64,000 bases of DNA from the NCBI GenBank assembly GCA_037305845.1, contig CP147778.1:2464001-2528000 (forward strand), given 5' to 3'. This stretch comes from Candidatus Freyarchaeum deiterrae. GTDB lineage: Archaea > Asgardarchaeota > Jordiarchaeia > Jordiarchaeales > Jordiarchaeaceae. The notes below the pieces were generated by a model. It was not told the origin of the DNA. It ran no database searches and saw only the letters and a program-made list of their open reading frames with translations. The stretch's first letter is position 1. Each line of letters begins with the position of its first letter. Below, one piece after another: positions 1 to 10,800 of this stretch. The translations under genes were made by a program, and so were the position numbers.

Positions 1-1
1 A

Positions 2-619
2 AAGAACCTAAAGAAGATGCTAGCATACTCCTCAATGAGCCAAATGGGATACATCCTGTTCGGCTTCGCCGTGATAAATGTCATAGGCGTAAACGGTGCC
101 CTACTGCACATACTAAACCACGGTATTTGCATGGGAATATGGTTCATGGTTGCGGGAATCATACAGAAAAACGCTGGCACCCTAGATTTCGACAAACTCG
201 GAGGGCTGTCTGAAAAAATGCCTGCAACAGCCGCGTTAGCAGCCATCGCAGGCTTATCACTTGCGGGGGTACCGCCACTGCTGGGGTTCACCAGCGAGTG
301 GATGATATTCGTAGGAGGTGCAACAGCACCGCAATACCTGCTAACCGCGCTCCTAATTGTAGCTACAGCCTTCACACTCGGCTACTACCTGTGGGCCATA
401 AGAAGGATATTCTTCGGACCACTGAAAAAAGGACTTGAAAAAATACAAGCACAACGAAGCCTAGTAGTACCCATAGCCGTGTTAGCAATCTTCGTAGTAG
501 TGCTAGGAATATTACCAGTAATCGCTACACAATACTTCGCACCGATAACCAGCAGTATTCTCACACCATGGTACGGATACCAACAATTCCTACACTTACT
601 AGGAATAGGAGGTCCTTAA
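2..619 (+). CDS. Mrp antiporter/NuoLMN-type proton-conducting membrane subunit, 5'-partial
   Basis: Frame is open from the window edge (KNLKKMLAYSS). Motifs LAYSSxSQMGY, H..NH and SLAGVPPLLGFTSEW are typical of MrpA/D and NuoL/M/N. Confidence 0.85.
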   Translation, partial: KNLKKMLAYSSMSQMGYILFGFAVINVIGVNGALLHILNHGICMGIWFMVAGIIQKNAGTLDFDKLGGLSEKMPATAALAAIAGLSLAGVPPLLGFTSEWMIFVGGATAPQYLLTALLIVATAFTLGYYLWAIRRIFFGPLKKGLEKIQAQRSLVVPIAVLAIFVVVLGILPVIATQYFAPITSSILTPWYGYQQFLHLLGIGGP

Positions 620-620
620 A

Positions 621-2402
621 ATGATAAGCGACATAAATCTACTTTATCCAATACTCATCCCAATTGCAACCGCAATATTAGTAATCGGAGCCGGCACCCT
701 ATTCGAAAGAGTAGCAGGAGGCAGGCTACAAAGAATCAGAGAAATCATAGCAACCGCAGGGTTCTCAATAACCGCTTACATAATCTACTTAATGTATCTG
801 AACCTGAACACCCTCCAACTCTTATCGTACATTGCACCCATAGTGTTCGGTATGCCCATCATACCCACATACTACTTTGAATACATGCCGGGCGGATACA
901 CCACAACCATACTCATTAATCTGCTCACCGGCGGTCAGGGGCCTCTCGCAAAAGTCTCAGCCCTATCAATGTTCACTGCACCACCCACCGGTTCAGTCTT
1001 CGCGGTGGACTTCCTGAGCATAGTAATGGCGGCAACCTTCACAGGCCTCGGGCTCCTCGTGTGCGTCTACTCCATAAGCTACATGGAACATGACACTGGC
1101 AAAACAAAATTCTTCGCACTGCTACTAATCTTGGTGGCAGCGCTAAACGGCATTGTCTTCTCGGGTGACTTGTTCACGCTATTCGTGTTCTTCGAAATAA
1201 TGAGCATAAGCGCCTATTCCCTGGTAGGATTCAGAAAAGAGAAATGGGAACCGGTGGAAGCCGGATTCAAATACCTGATAATGGTAGCAGTAGGAAGCTC
1301 ACTCGTCCTATACGCAATGTCATTCATATACGGCTACACAGGAACACTCAACTTCGCCTACGCTGGAAGTGTAATAAACACACTACTCAGTCTAGACCCA
1401 CTTCAGCTATCCACACTCAGACCCCTATTCTATCTAGTAATCGCATTCCTACTAGCAGGATTCGGGGTTGAGGCAGCTATTGTACCACTACACTGGTGGC
1501 TGCCTGACGCGCACCCAGCCGCTCCGAGCGGTATGAGTGCTATGCTATCGGGTGTGGTTATCGCGTCTGGTGTCTACTCCATAATACGCACCTTAACGGT
1601 TCTATTCCCAGTTCAGTCCACTCCATTCCCATACTTATGGTACACCTTTACCACGACTGCCTACAGTTATCCATACGGTTTCCCAGCGACTCCTTATCCG
1701 TTTGACTGGAGCTACGCATTGGTTGTTTTGGCAATAATCACGATGGTTGTTGCTAACATTATGGCTTTGCTTCAGAAGGACATTAAGCGTTTGCTTGCGT
1801 ACAGCAGTATTTTGAACATCGGTTACATCCTTATGGGATTCTCAACGGGTACGTTCCTTGGGTATACTGCGGCTTGGTTCCAGGTCATTAACCACGCTAT
1901 GATGAAGGGACTCCTCTTCTTGTGCGCTGGAGCGTATCTCCACGCGACGGGTTCGCGTATGATAGATGATCTCTCCGGCATAGGTAGGAAGATGAAAACT
2001 GTGAGCATAAGCCTTGGTATTGGCAGTTTTGCACTTATTGGCTTGCCGCCCTTCAACGGGTTCTGGTCGAAGCTTCTCCTGATTCTTGCCCCAATCCAAC
2101 TTGCACCCTTCACTATGAATGGGTGGGTTTGGATTACTCTATCACTAGTTGCGGTGCTTTCCAGCGGTTTCTCGGCTATATATTACCTGAGGTTGATACA
2201 GATTGTCTGGTTCGGCAAGGAGTCTGCGAAGGTTAAGGCGCTTGAAAAGAAAAGAGCCTCTGTATGGATACTCGTTCCTATCGTATTATTAGCAGCAGCC
2301 TGCGTAATATTCGGAATATTCCCAAACATAATTTACAATCTAGCAAACAGTGCTGCCGGATCTCTGTACTACATTCCTTGGTACTTTGGCGGAATTATCT
2401 AA
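621..2402 (+). CDS. MrpD/MbhH-like antiporter subunit of an energy-conserving membrane complex
   Basis: DLFTLFVFFEIMS, EAGFKY, PLHWWLPDAHPAAP, KRLLAYSSI and GLPPFNGFWSK motifs; many TM helices with long loop insertions. Confidence 0.9.
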   Translation: MISDINLLYPILIPIATAILVIGAGTLFERVAGGRLQRIREIIATAGFSITAYIIYLMYLNLNTLQLLSYIAPIVFGMPIIPTYYFEYMPGGYTTTILINLLTGGQGPLAKVSALSMFTAPPTGSVFAVDFLSIVMAATFTGLGLLVCVYSISYMEHDTGKTKFFALLLILVAALNGIVFSGDLFTLFVFFEIMSISAYSLVGFRKEKWEPVEAGFKYLIMVAVGSSLVLYAMSFIYGYTGTLNFAYAGSVINTLLSLDPLQLSTLRPLFYLVIAFLLAGFGVEAAIVPLHWWLPDAHPAAPSGMSAMLSGVVIASGVYSIIRTLTVLFPVQSTPFPYLWYTFTTTAYSYPYGFPATPYPFDWSYALVVLAIITMVVANIMALLQKDIKRLLAYSSILNIGYILMGFSTGTFLGYTAAWFQVINHAMMKGLLFLCAGAYLHATGSRMIDDLSGIGRKMKTVSISLGIGSFALIGLPPFNGFWSKLLLILAPIQLAPFTMNGWVWITLSLVAVLSSGFSAIYYLRLIQIVWFGKESAKVKALEKKRASVWILVPIVLLAAACVIFGIFPNIIYNLANSAAGSLYYIPWYFGGII

Positions 2403-2560
2403 AACCTAATCCCTCTTTTTTATTTTTTCAATTTTATGTTATTCTGATATTCTAATTTTCGTGATTGTCCTTTGATTTTTTTATGTAATACATTTTTTTC
2501 GTTTTTTTGGAAAAGCTTTAATTGCGGTTTTGAGTACACCATTTTCTTGGAGGGCTTCCT

Positions 2561-3025
2561 ATGAGCCTCGAAAAAAGGAAAAAAAATGATAGTAGAAGGT
2601 TTACTGCTGGAAACGTCGGCAAATGGATGGTTGTTGGTTCAGAGCTTCCTATTATGGTTATTGCCGGTGTTTATATCGGTTATTATTTAGGTCAACAGTT
2701 CGGTTCTTGGGTTGCTACATTTGCCCCCATAATTGGGGCTTTATTGGGTATGCTTGTGGGAACATACAATATAATTAGAATTGTTAGGCTTTGGGAATCT
2801 CGGCAAATTTCCAAAAGAATAGATAAAAAAGAACCTCCCGCACCTTCATCTCCATCAGAGGAATCGAAGGATTTTCCGGCTGAGGCTCAAAAGAAGCGTA
2901 AAGGTTCCAAACTCTCTCAGGATGAGAAGTTGGATAGCGTAATCAAACTTATGAAGCTCCAAGCGAATTTTGAAGATGATGAGGGCTCTTCTTCTACTAA
3001 GAATGATAAAAAAAGAAACGAATAA
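2561..3025 (+). CDS. AtpZ/AtpI (ATPase gene1)-family two-TM protein with charged tail
   Basis: G.EL...VI.G.YIGY.L...FGS...IIG.LLG..VG two-helix pattern; lies directly upstream of ATPase subunits C and K. Confidence 0.65.
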   Translation: MSLEKRKKNDSRRFTAGNVGKWMVVGSELPIMVIAGVYIGYYLGQQFGSWVATFAPIIGALLGMLVGTYNIIRIVRLWESRQISKRIDKKEPPAPSSPSEESKDFPAEAQKKRKGSKLSQDEKLDSVIKLMKLQANFEDDEGSSSTKNDKKRNE

Positions 3026-3088
3026 TTTTTTATATAAGTAATTATCAACGTAGGAGAAGCCTCAAAAAAATGTTAGCGGGGTAAACCA

Positions 3089-4153
3089 ATGGGCGTGTCC
3101 ACTGCAAGACAATATGCACAAATCAACGCAAAGGTAAGGGCACTTAAATCGCATCTGATATCAGTTGGAGATTATGAAAAACTAGTTCAGTCCTCTAACG
3201 TTGACGATGCGGTACGCCTTCTCAGCGCAACTAGTTACGCCGAAAGAATGGCTCAAGTGGAATTAAGACCACCCTACGATTTGGTACAAGTAGACAGAGT
3301 TCTAAGCGAAGAATTCCTAAAGTCCTTCGAATTGATAACAAACAGCTCATCTGGAAAAGCGAAAGAATTCTTAAAACTCTATAAAGAAAAATTCTACTAC
3401 GACAACCTGAAAGTCATAGTCAGTGCTGTAACCAGTAAGACCTCGAAACAGACCGCATTACAATACATCGTATCGCTTTCTCCCAAAGAAGCGGAGGAGT
3501 ACGGCGTTCTCTTAGATTCACAGAATATCAATCAGCTCATTGATCAGGTAAGAAATCGTAAGGCTAAGGAAGCCTTAACAGCGGCACTACCACAGTTTGA
3601 ATCTCTCAAAACTCCCCTAGTCCTAGAAACCGCACTTGATAAGGAGATATACAACGAACTCTGGGAAAAAATAAAAAAGCTCTCTCGAAGTGATAAAAAA
3701 TACGCTAAGACGTTAATCGGAACAAAAATAGACATTATAAATATCATGACCGTTCTTAGAAGCAAAGCCTTGAAACTTAGACCAGAAGTGATAGAGCAGC
3801 TCATTTTGCCCGTATTCTACAAGTCTGAACATGCCATTAGAGAATGCATTGCTGCAGCCGATATAGACGGTGTACTAAACTCTCTCTCGGTTTCGGAATT
3901 CCAGCACCTTGCCTACAGAGCAAAGGAAGCTTATGAAAAAGAAAAGTCTCTTTTTTCAATTGAACACGCTTTAAACGAGTATTTTACTCAAATTGTTTAC
4001 TCCCAATTACTTGGTTTTCCCTTTCACATAGGGGTTCCAATATCTTATCTGGAGCTTAAAAGCCAAGAAATCCGAAACATTAAAATAATAATTGTCGGGA
4101 AAGTAGAGGCGGTAGAACCAAGCAGGATACGTGACCTACTAACAATCTTCTAA
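3089..4153 (+). CDS. atpC: A/V-type ATP synthase subunit C (V0 d-like)
   Basis: YAQINAKVRALKSHL N-terminus, ID..NI..VLR, EIRNIKII..GK; ATPase gene context. Confidence 0.9.
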   Translation: MGVSTARQYAQINAKVRALKSHLISVGDYEKLVQSSNVDDAVRLLSATSYAERMAQVELRPPYDLVQVDRVLSEEFLKSFELITNSSSGKAKEFLKLYKEKFYYDNLKVIVSAVTSKTSKQTALQYIVSLSPKEAEEYGVLLDSQNINQLIDQVRNRKAKEALTAALPQFESLKTPLVLETALDKEIYNELWEKIKKLSRSDKKYAKTLIGTKIDIINIMTVLRSKALKLRPEVIEQLILPVFYKSEHAIRECIAAADIDGVLNSLSVSEFQHLAYRAKEAYEKEKSLFSIEHALNEYFTQIVYSQLLGFPFHIGVPISYLELKSQEIRNIKIIIVGKVEAVEPSRIRDLLTIF

Positions 4154-4169
4154 AAATTGAGGTGGAAAA

Positions 4170-4514
4170 ATGAACAAAACGTCTATAATACTACTAGTAG
4201 CAGTGGCGGTAACTCTAGCATTCGCATTGGTCAATACCTTTGTAGTTGCTCAGGGAACCTTCAATTTTAACTTTACAGGATTACCCGTGTATGATGCCTT
4301 CGGAAAGATATCTACAGGTTTGGGTGCGGGTCTCGCTGTAGGTCTAGCGGGTCTTGGAGCTGGTCTCGGTATGGGTACGGCATCAGCAGCCGCAATAGGA
4401 GCTATAAGTGAGAAACCCGAAGTATTCGGCAGATCTATCATCTACATTGTGTTAATCGAAGCTATCGCGATATATGGATTCGTTATCAGTTTCTTGTTAA
4501 TCGGCAAACTATAA
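4170..4514 (+). CDS. atpK: A/V-type ATP synthase proteolipid subunit K (single hairpin with N-terminal leader)
   Basis: Gly-rich GLGAGLAVGLAGLGAG helix, EKPE loop, conserved Glu in LIEAIAIYG. Confidence 0.95.
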   Translation: MNKTSIILLVAVAVTLAFALVNTFVVAQGTFNFNFTGLPVYDAFGKISTGLGAGLAVGLAGLGAGLGMGTASAAAIGAISEKPEVFGRSIIYIVLIEAIAIYGFVISFLLIGKL

Positions 4515-4773
4515 AAAAAACAAAAAATCTACCACCTTTTTTTTAATTCTCCATTTTCTTGCATTCAAACATACCCCCGTTTGATCGCAGTTATTTGGTG
4601 GTAATTTTAACACGTATTTTCCTTTCATCCCTTAAAATTATTAATGCTTAAAGGGTCACATACCCAAAAATATAGGTTCACTTTGACAAATCGGAAAAGC
4701 AGGAAGTGGAGCAGTGATACAAGTCTATCTAAAAATATAGGATTATAACAAAGTTATATGCTGCAAAGAAAAA

Positions 4774-4781
4774 TTTATATA
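4774..4781 (+). promoter_or_regulatory. Putative TATA box with A-rich BRE for the large surface-protein gene
   Basis: gaaaaaTTTATATA about 60 nt upstream of ATG 4838. Confidence 0.4.
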
Positions 4782-4837
4782 TCTGAAAAAAGCATAACTT
4801 GTTTCGCCTTATCGGAGATTGGGTGCGGGTTATATTC

Positions 4838-7800
4838 ATGAGCGTTAAGAATTGCCTTAAAAGGTATAAAAAATCGGCGCTCGGATTAATTGTAATCTCA
4901 ATTTTCCTCTTATCCTTATATATACCCGTGTTCTACTTTTCCCAAATCTCTAACAATCCCCTCATAAATATTCCTCCCAATTATCTTTTAAACAACAATG
5001 TGAATTCCAAAGATTCTACGAATGGGCAGTCCGTAAGCAATACGGTGGATGTTTACGGCTACGATTCAAACAATAATCTCCTATACGTATACGCCAACCC
5101 CTGGACATACAGCTATCTGGGTCAGGGAGACCAGATTAGAATAACCTTAACCCACACAATACAAAATCGCAACGTCAAATATATTGTAATCGTTCACCCT
5201 TACAGCATGGGTTGGAAATTCGAGAGCAACTCAAGCGGGACTGTTGTTCCAATCAATTGGACAACGGGCAACGGCGGGCAATGCACATGCATTAAAGACT
5301 TTACAGACCCTGTCACCGTAACCTGGATAGCAAACACAACATACACATACTCAGGAATAACCTTCACCAGTGGAAACGAACCCATAACCTACACTGGTAA
5401 CCCGATAATCACCCGAAACGGATCAACACTCAGATTCCAATTCAGGGACGGCGTATGGACTGATACTCGTTTTATACTCCCCGGCGATCCCGAAATGAAC
5501 TGCTTTTCAGCGGTTTCGATAAACAGTGGTTCAAATCCCGATTATGCGAACACCCCATGGTCCTCAACAGAATACAGTAATGGTCGAAACGATGATAATG
5601 CAGGAAACCATTACGAGCAAACAGCAGCTGATTGGTCCTCGAGTTTAGTCTGGAACAGGTACGTTGCTAATCTATCTTGGTTCAGCGGCCAAGACGGGGA
5701 AACCGCAAGATTACTTAATGACATAATCTATTCTTTCAAAGGATATACGCAACTACAAGGTACTAACTTGTGGGGAACTCTATTCTATAAAGACAATAGT
5801 GGCACATGGCATGCCATGGCAAGCTTACCCAATCCAAATCAAGCTACTCTTTTGATACCCTCTTCAACAATTACTAGTAATGTCAACGGGCTGCTCCAGA
5901 ACGATCAAACTCTAGTTTTCGGTGCAGGAGCTTCGGCTCAGTCTTTCACGTGGCCAAATTATGCTTGTTTTTGGGGGTATTGGTATATTACAGGTTATAC
6001 TATCGTTGACTCTGATACCACCTTATATGTAAACCAAGTTAAAGCCCAGGTGGACTACAACTGGCACTACACGTGGGCTAATCTAACCTATCACGGTACA
6101 TCCTTCAACACCAACGATTACCCCTGGCTCTTTATAAAGTATAAGTCAAGCTCCACGAACAATTGGAACTTTTGGCTGACAAACGGAGGAAATGACAAAG
6201 CCGCTAAACCATTATCTCTAGTGGGAACCAATGGACAATGGAATACGGTCAAGGTTAATATAAGTGATATTATTGGTGGAGGCATCTACGATGGATTCCA
6301 CCTTGAGAAGAACTATAACGACCAATTCAAGAACGACTGGATAGAATTCGACTACGTCCTAACCGGACGCGAAGTAGAAGTGAACAGCCTTAACCAGAAC
6401 GGCACCTCCAATCTCACAGTATCGGCAGCTGATGGAAACCAAAATTTGGGAACAACTAATAATCCGTTAAACGTATCCGGATCAATAAGACAAATGGACG
6501 GATACGACAATCCCTTCATCCCAGACTCAAGCCAACTAGGCTGCACACTCGAACTCTGGAAGGACGGAGTGCAAAAAGTTTGCTCCGACACAGTGTACAA
6601 CAGCAACAGCAACTTCGTCTACTCCATAGTAACCGGTGATTCACAGCCACTGTCCACGGGAAGCTACACGGTTAAAATCAAACCCCACTGGACGAATCCC
6701 CGTTACCCCGATGTGGAACTCAACTTTTCCTTATACCCCCTAACGGTTTCCGATACGGATTGGCGTACGGGAAATGGAACCGTTGAAGTAATTGAAAAGG
6801 TTGGTGCAAACTATTACACCTACAATGATGCCTGGCAATACCGATATGCCCCGGATGGAACAATCCAGACTCGCATCATGCACAACCTTGAAAACGAGGC
6901 GGCTGATTACTTACTAGTAGGCTATAAAGACGGATGGAATCTTAACGAAACTCTGTTAAAAGGCGGAACGCTGAGCCCCTATCCCGATGATTTTAGTAGT
7001 TTCAGGATCCAGGCTGGATCTGATGACTGGAATTATACTTCCACCACTTATAGCACGGTCAAATCCAGCGTATATCTAGGAACCGATTATTCTGGCACAG
7101 CCTATAGTGCTGGATTCAGATGGCCTCTATCAATCCCACACGGCTCCACGATCTTAAGCAGCACCTTAACCCTAACGGCTCTAAACAGAAGCAGCCTCTA
7201 CCCGTTCACCACAAACATCCGATTATACGATCAGGATAACTGTTCCTCACCGGACTCAAGTATTCAGACTTGGAATACCACGGGAGATGTTCTCTGGACC
7301 TTGAACAACTGGATTCCGGGCGAGGAGTACACCTCTCCAGACATTACTTCACTTGTTCAAAGCTTCATTGATAGGTCAGGTTACATTCCTGGAAAATACA
7401 CAGGATTAGTGCTTGACGCAGGGAACTCCACAACTGGGATTTACCGAAGCGCATATACGTATGATAATCGCCAAGATTGGTCAGCAAGACTAGACATCAA
7501 ATATGTAAACCCAACCTACACAAATTACTATTGGATACAAGAGCCCGCAACGCACACAATGATTACTTTCGACGTTAATCAAACACTCGCATATAACGGT
7601 ATCAACGTGGTCACCGGAAACGAACCCTTCACAATATTCGGAAATCCACAAGCTCTTGAACTAAGTGGGAACACCTTCACGTTCGCACCGATAAAACAAA
7701 ACTATAATGTTACCGATACACTTAGTAGTTACACAAAATCCGATATCGGTTATAATACATACACTCCACCATACGGGTTTGAATCTGTGTTTATGCCTAT

Positions 7801-10800
7801 TGGGCAACCCTCATCCCTACAAAACACTGATAAGAATTACTATTATCAGGGTTCGTTTGGTGTTTCGTCTAATATAGTATACCTCAAAGGGTACATTAAT
7901 CCCGCTAATTACATGAATTTAGCTGATTGGAAATGCACGCAAATAGACTTGAACTATACGGGGCACGCTATAGCTTCAGGCTCTACCACTGATTATAATT
8001 CTCGGAATTACAGTTGGAACTACTGGACTCAGCAGTGGTCTTGGGACGGCTCCAAGATTCCGACGGGGAGCTCCGACATTTCAAGAAGTACGACATGGAT
8101 TGCTGGAAATTCTGGAGCGCCCTCCGAATTTAATGACACAGTAGGAATGGGTGTGTTAGCCTACAGCACCTGGGCATCAAATAATATTGGGGTTGGTTGT
8201 AGTATCGAAATGTGGTCCGACCTGTTTAGCGGCACGTGCCACTTTGAATCGAGATACTCTTCACTAAGGTATGATTGTTCCCCGTTTAACACAAACGATG
8301 AGCCCTACCTGATAGTGAGATATAGAACCTCCTCGGGCACGCCGCAGAATTGGAGCTTCTACTTAACCAGCGGCGATAACAGAACAGCATATCTCATCCC
8401 TCTCTCAAGCTCTACTAATTGGAATACAAGCATCATCAATATTAAGGATGGCAACACCTACGACGGATTCTTCCTCAACTCCTCAGACTGGGGACAATCT
8501 ATTCAATTCGACTACATTCTAACAGGCCACCTAATGGAGGTGAACAGTCTTAACCAGACTGGCGACCCCGTTCTCCAAGTATATGAAGAAAACCCAACAT
8601 CCATTCCAGGGTCATCTAATAATCCGTTACACGTAAACGGAACAATTAGACAAATGGACGGCTACTCTAATCCCACCTCAAACCTGAGCTGTACACTTGA
8701 ACTCTGGATGGGTGGACTGTTTGGCAGTCCCTACAATGTCGTTAATAATGTGAACGGTGCTTTCGATTGCACGATAAATAACTTAGGCTCTCAACTATCT
8801 GATGGAAATGTTTACACTGTTATAATCAAGTCTCCCTATGGGGAAAACCCTCACTACTCCGATGCCAATCTTAGTTTCTGTGTCAAAGTTGATTCTTCGA
8901 ATAATTATCAAATAGTGACTCTTGATAGCCAATCGATAATCCAAGTGATCGAAGAGAACAGCTCAGGATACTACACTTACAACGACCCCCTGGTATGCCA
9001 GTATGTGAACAGAGAAACCCAGATAAACATCACACACACTCTAAAAAACAATGGTGTCGAATATTTACTGGTGGGCTATAGGAGCGGGTGGAATCTTAAT
9101 TCAGCCACAACAAGCGGGCAACCTACTTTACCACTCGTACCCTATCAGGATGCAAATATGAGAAACTACTACTGGATTAATACAACATCCCTAAAACTTG
9201 GGTCGCAGATTAATGTGACTTTCGACTCCAACCAAACTTTTACCTACAATGGAGTTAACGTAGTCACCGACAATGGAATCAACTTGGTTACCGGAAACGA
9301 ACCATTCACTGTTGTTGGAGCGCCAAACTCTCTCACATTAGACGGGAACAACGTTACCTTTAGTGCCATAAAACTAAACGACGTCATCATTACAGACACA
9401 CTTCTATCATTTCATAGAGAAATAACAGGTAAAGACTCCGGTTCCTTAACTGGTTTTAGTTCAACAAGTTTCATTCCCTTAAGCCCTTCAGCTATGCAAT
9501 CTGTAAGCGCTTCAGATAATACTTACTATTCCCAAACAGCAAGTAGTATTAACTATAATGGAGTTGAGACTCAAAATTCTGAAGTATTTATTAAAGGTTT
9601 TATTAATCCCACTGACTATGGTGTAGACCTAAACTACTGGAAATGTTACCAGATAAGTGTCTCTTATTCGGGTAAGGCTGGTGTTACTTATCCTGGTTCC
9701 ATGCCTTCAAGTTCAAGTTCATGTGGGTACCAGTTTTTTGTTTGGGGATACTGGGATCCACAGGATTGGAATCATACATCCGATATGAATATGATTGGCG
9801 CCTTTAATACGGGTGACCAATTTGTAAGTAAACAGTTCAATGCTGGGAATATTGTAACCGGCGGCGAATTTATAGGACCGGTAGGCTTGGGTGTGGACGC
9901 TTACTTTTTTAATAATAACGTGTCTACGGTTAATATGTATAATGACCAACTTCAAGGTACATGCTACTATGCGCAAAAATATGCTTCAATGTCATATTAT
10001 TCGGATCCATTCAACACAATTAATGAACCCTATCTGATAGTGAAATATAGAACCTCCTCGAACTATAATCCGACGAATTGGAACTTCTACCTATCAAGCC
10101 AAGATAATAAAATAGCGAAACTAATTACTTCTCTTTCAGGATCTACCCAATGGAATACAAGCGTTATCCCCATTCCGGGTAGCCAGGACGGCAATACCTA
10201 TAACGGCTTCTTCCTCAACTCCTCAGACTGGGGACAATGGATTCAATTCGACTACATACTAACCGGCCACCCGCAGGTGAACAGCCCCAGCCCGACCCAG
10301 TCGAATGGTAATCTGAATGTTACGATTACGAACCCCACCATGGGCAGCACGGTCAACTACGGAGTTGTCTGGATAAACGGAACCTATAACTCCACAGGGA
10401 GTAACATCGCCCAAATAACCATTAACGATACACGCTTCGGTCTCATGCAACCTTCAATAGGAGGGTCTAACTACGGTACTTCTGGAATCTACAGCTTCAG
10501 AGCTTCGTGTATACCAGCGAGTGAGTTCGGCGTGGAGGTTACGGTCGAGGATGTGACGGGAAACATGGGAACAGCGGCAAGACATGTCGCGGTGGTAGAC
10601 ATGGAGAACCCCACCATCAATCTTAATTCCCATATCGATAATTCCCCTGAATCCTTGTATACTTCATCTTTTATTAAAAATGATATCGTCTGGATAAACG
10701 GAACCTTCAACGGCACAGGCAGCCCGATTAGAAGCATAACCATTAACGACTCAAGGTTCGTCCTAGTAGAGCGTGATAATACGGATCCCAATGGAATTAC

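Noticed and set aside
887-932. BHB-like pairing in the MrpD-like gene (GCCGG/CCGGC, GCGG/CTGC, bulges ATA and TCA)
   Set aside because: There is no inner helix, and canonical excision would remove 29 nt and frameshift an intact ORF. It is a chance structure and a useful contrast with the fadH intron.
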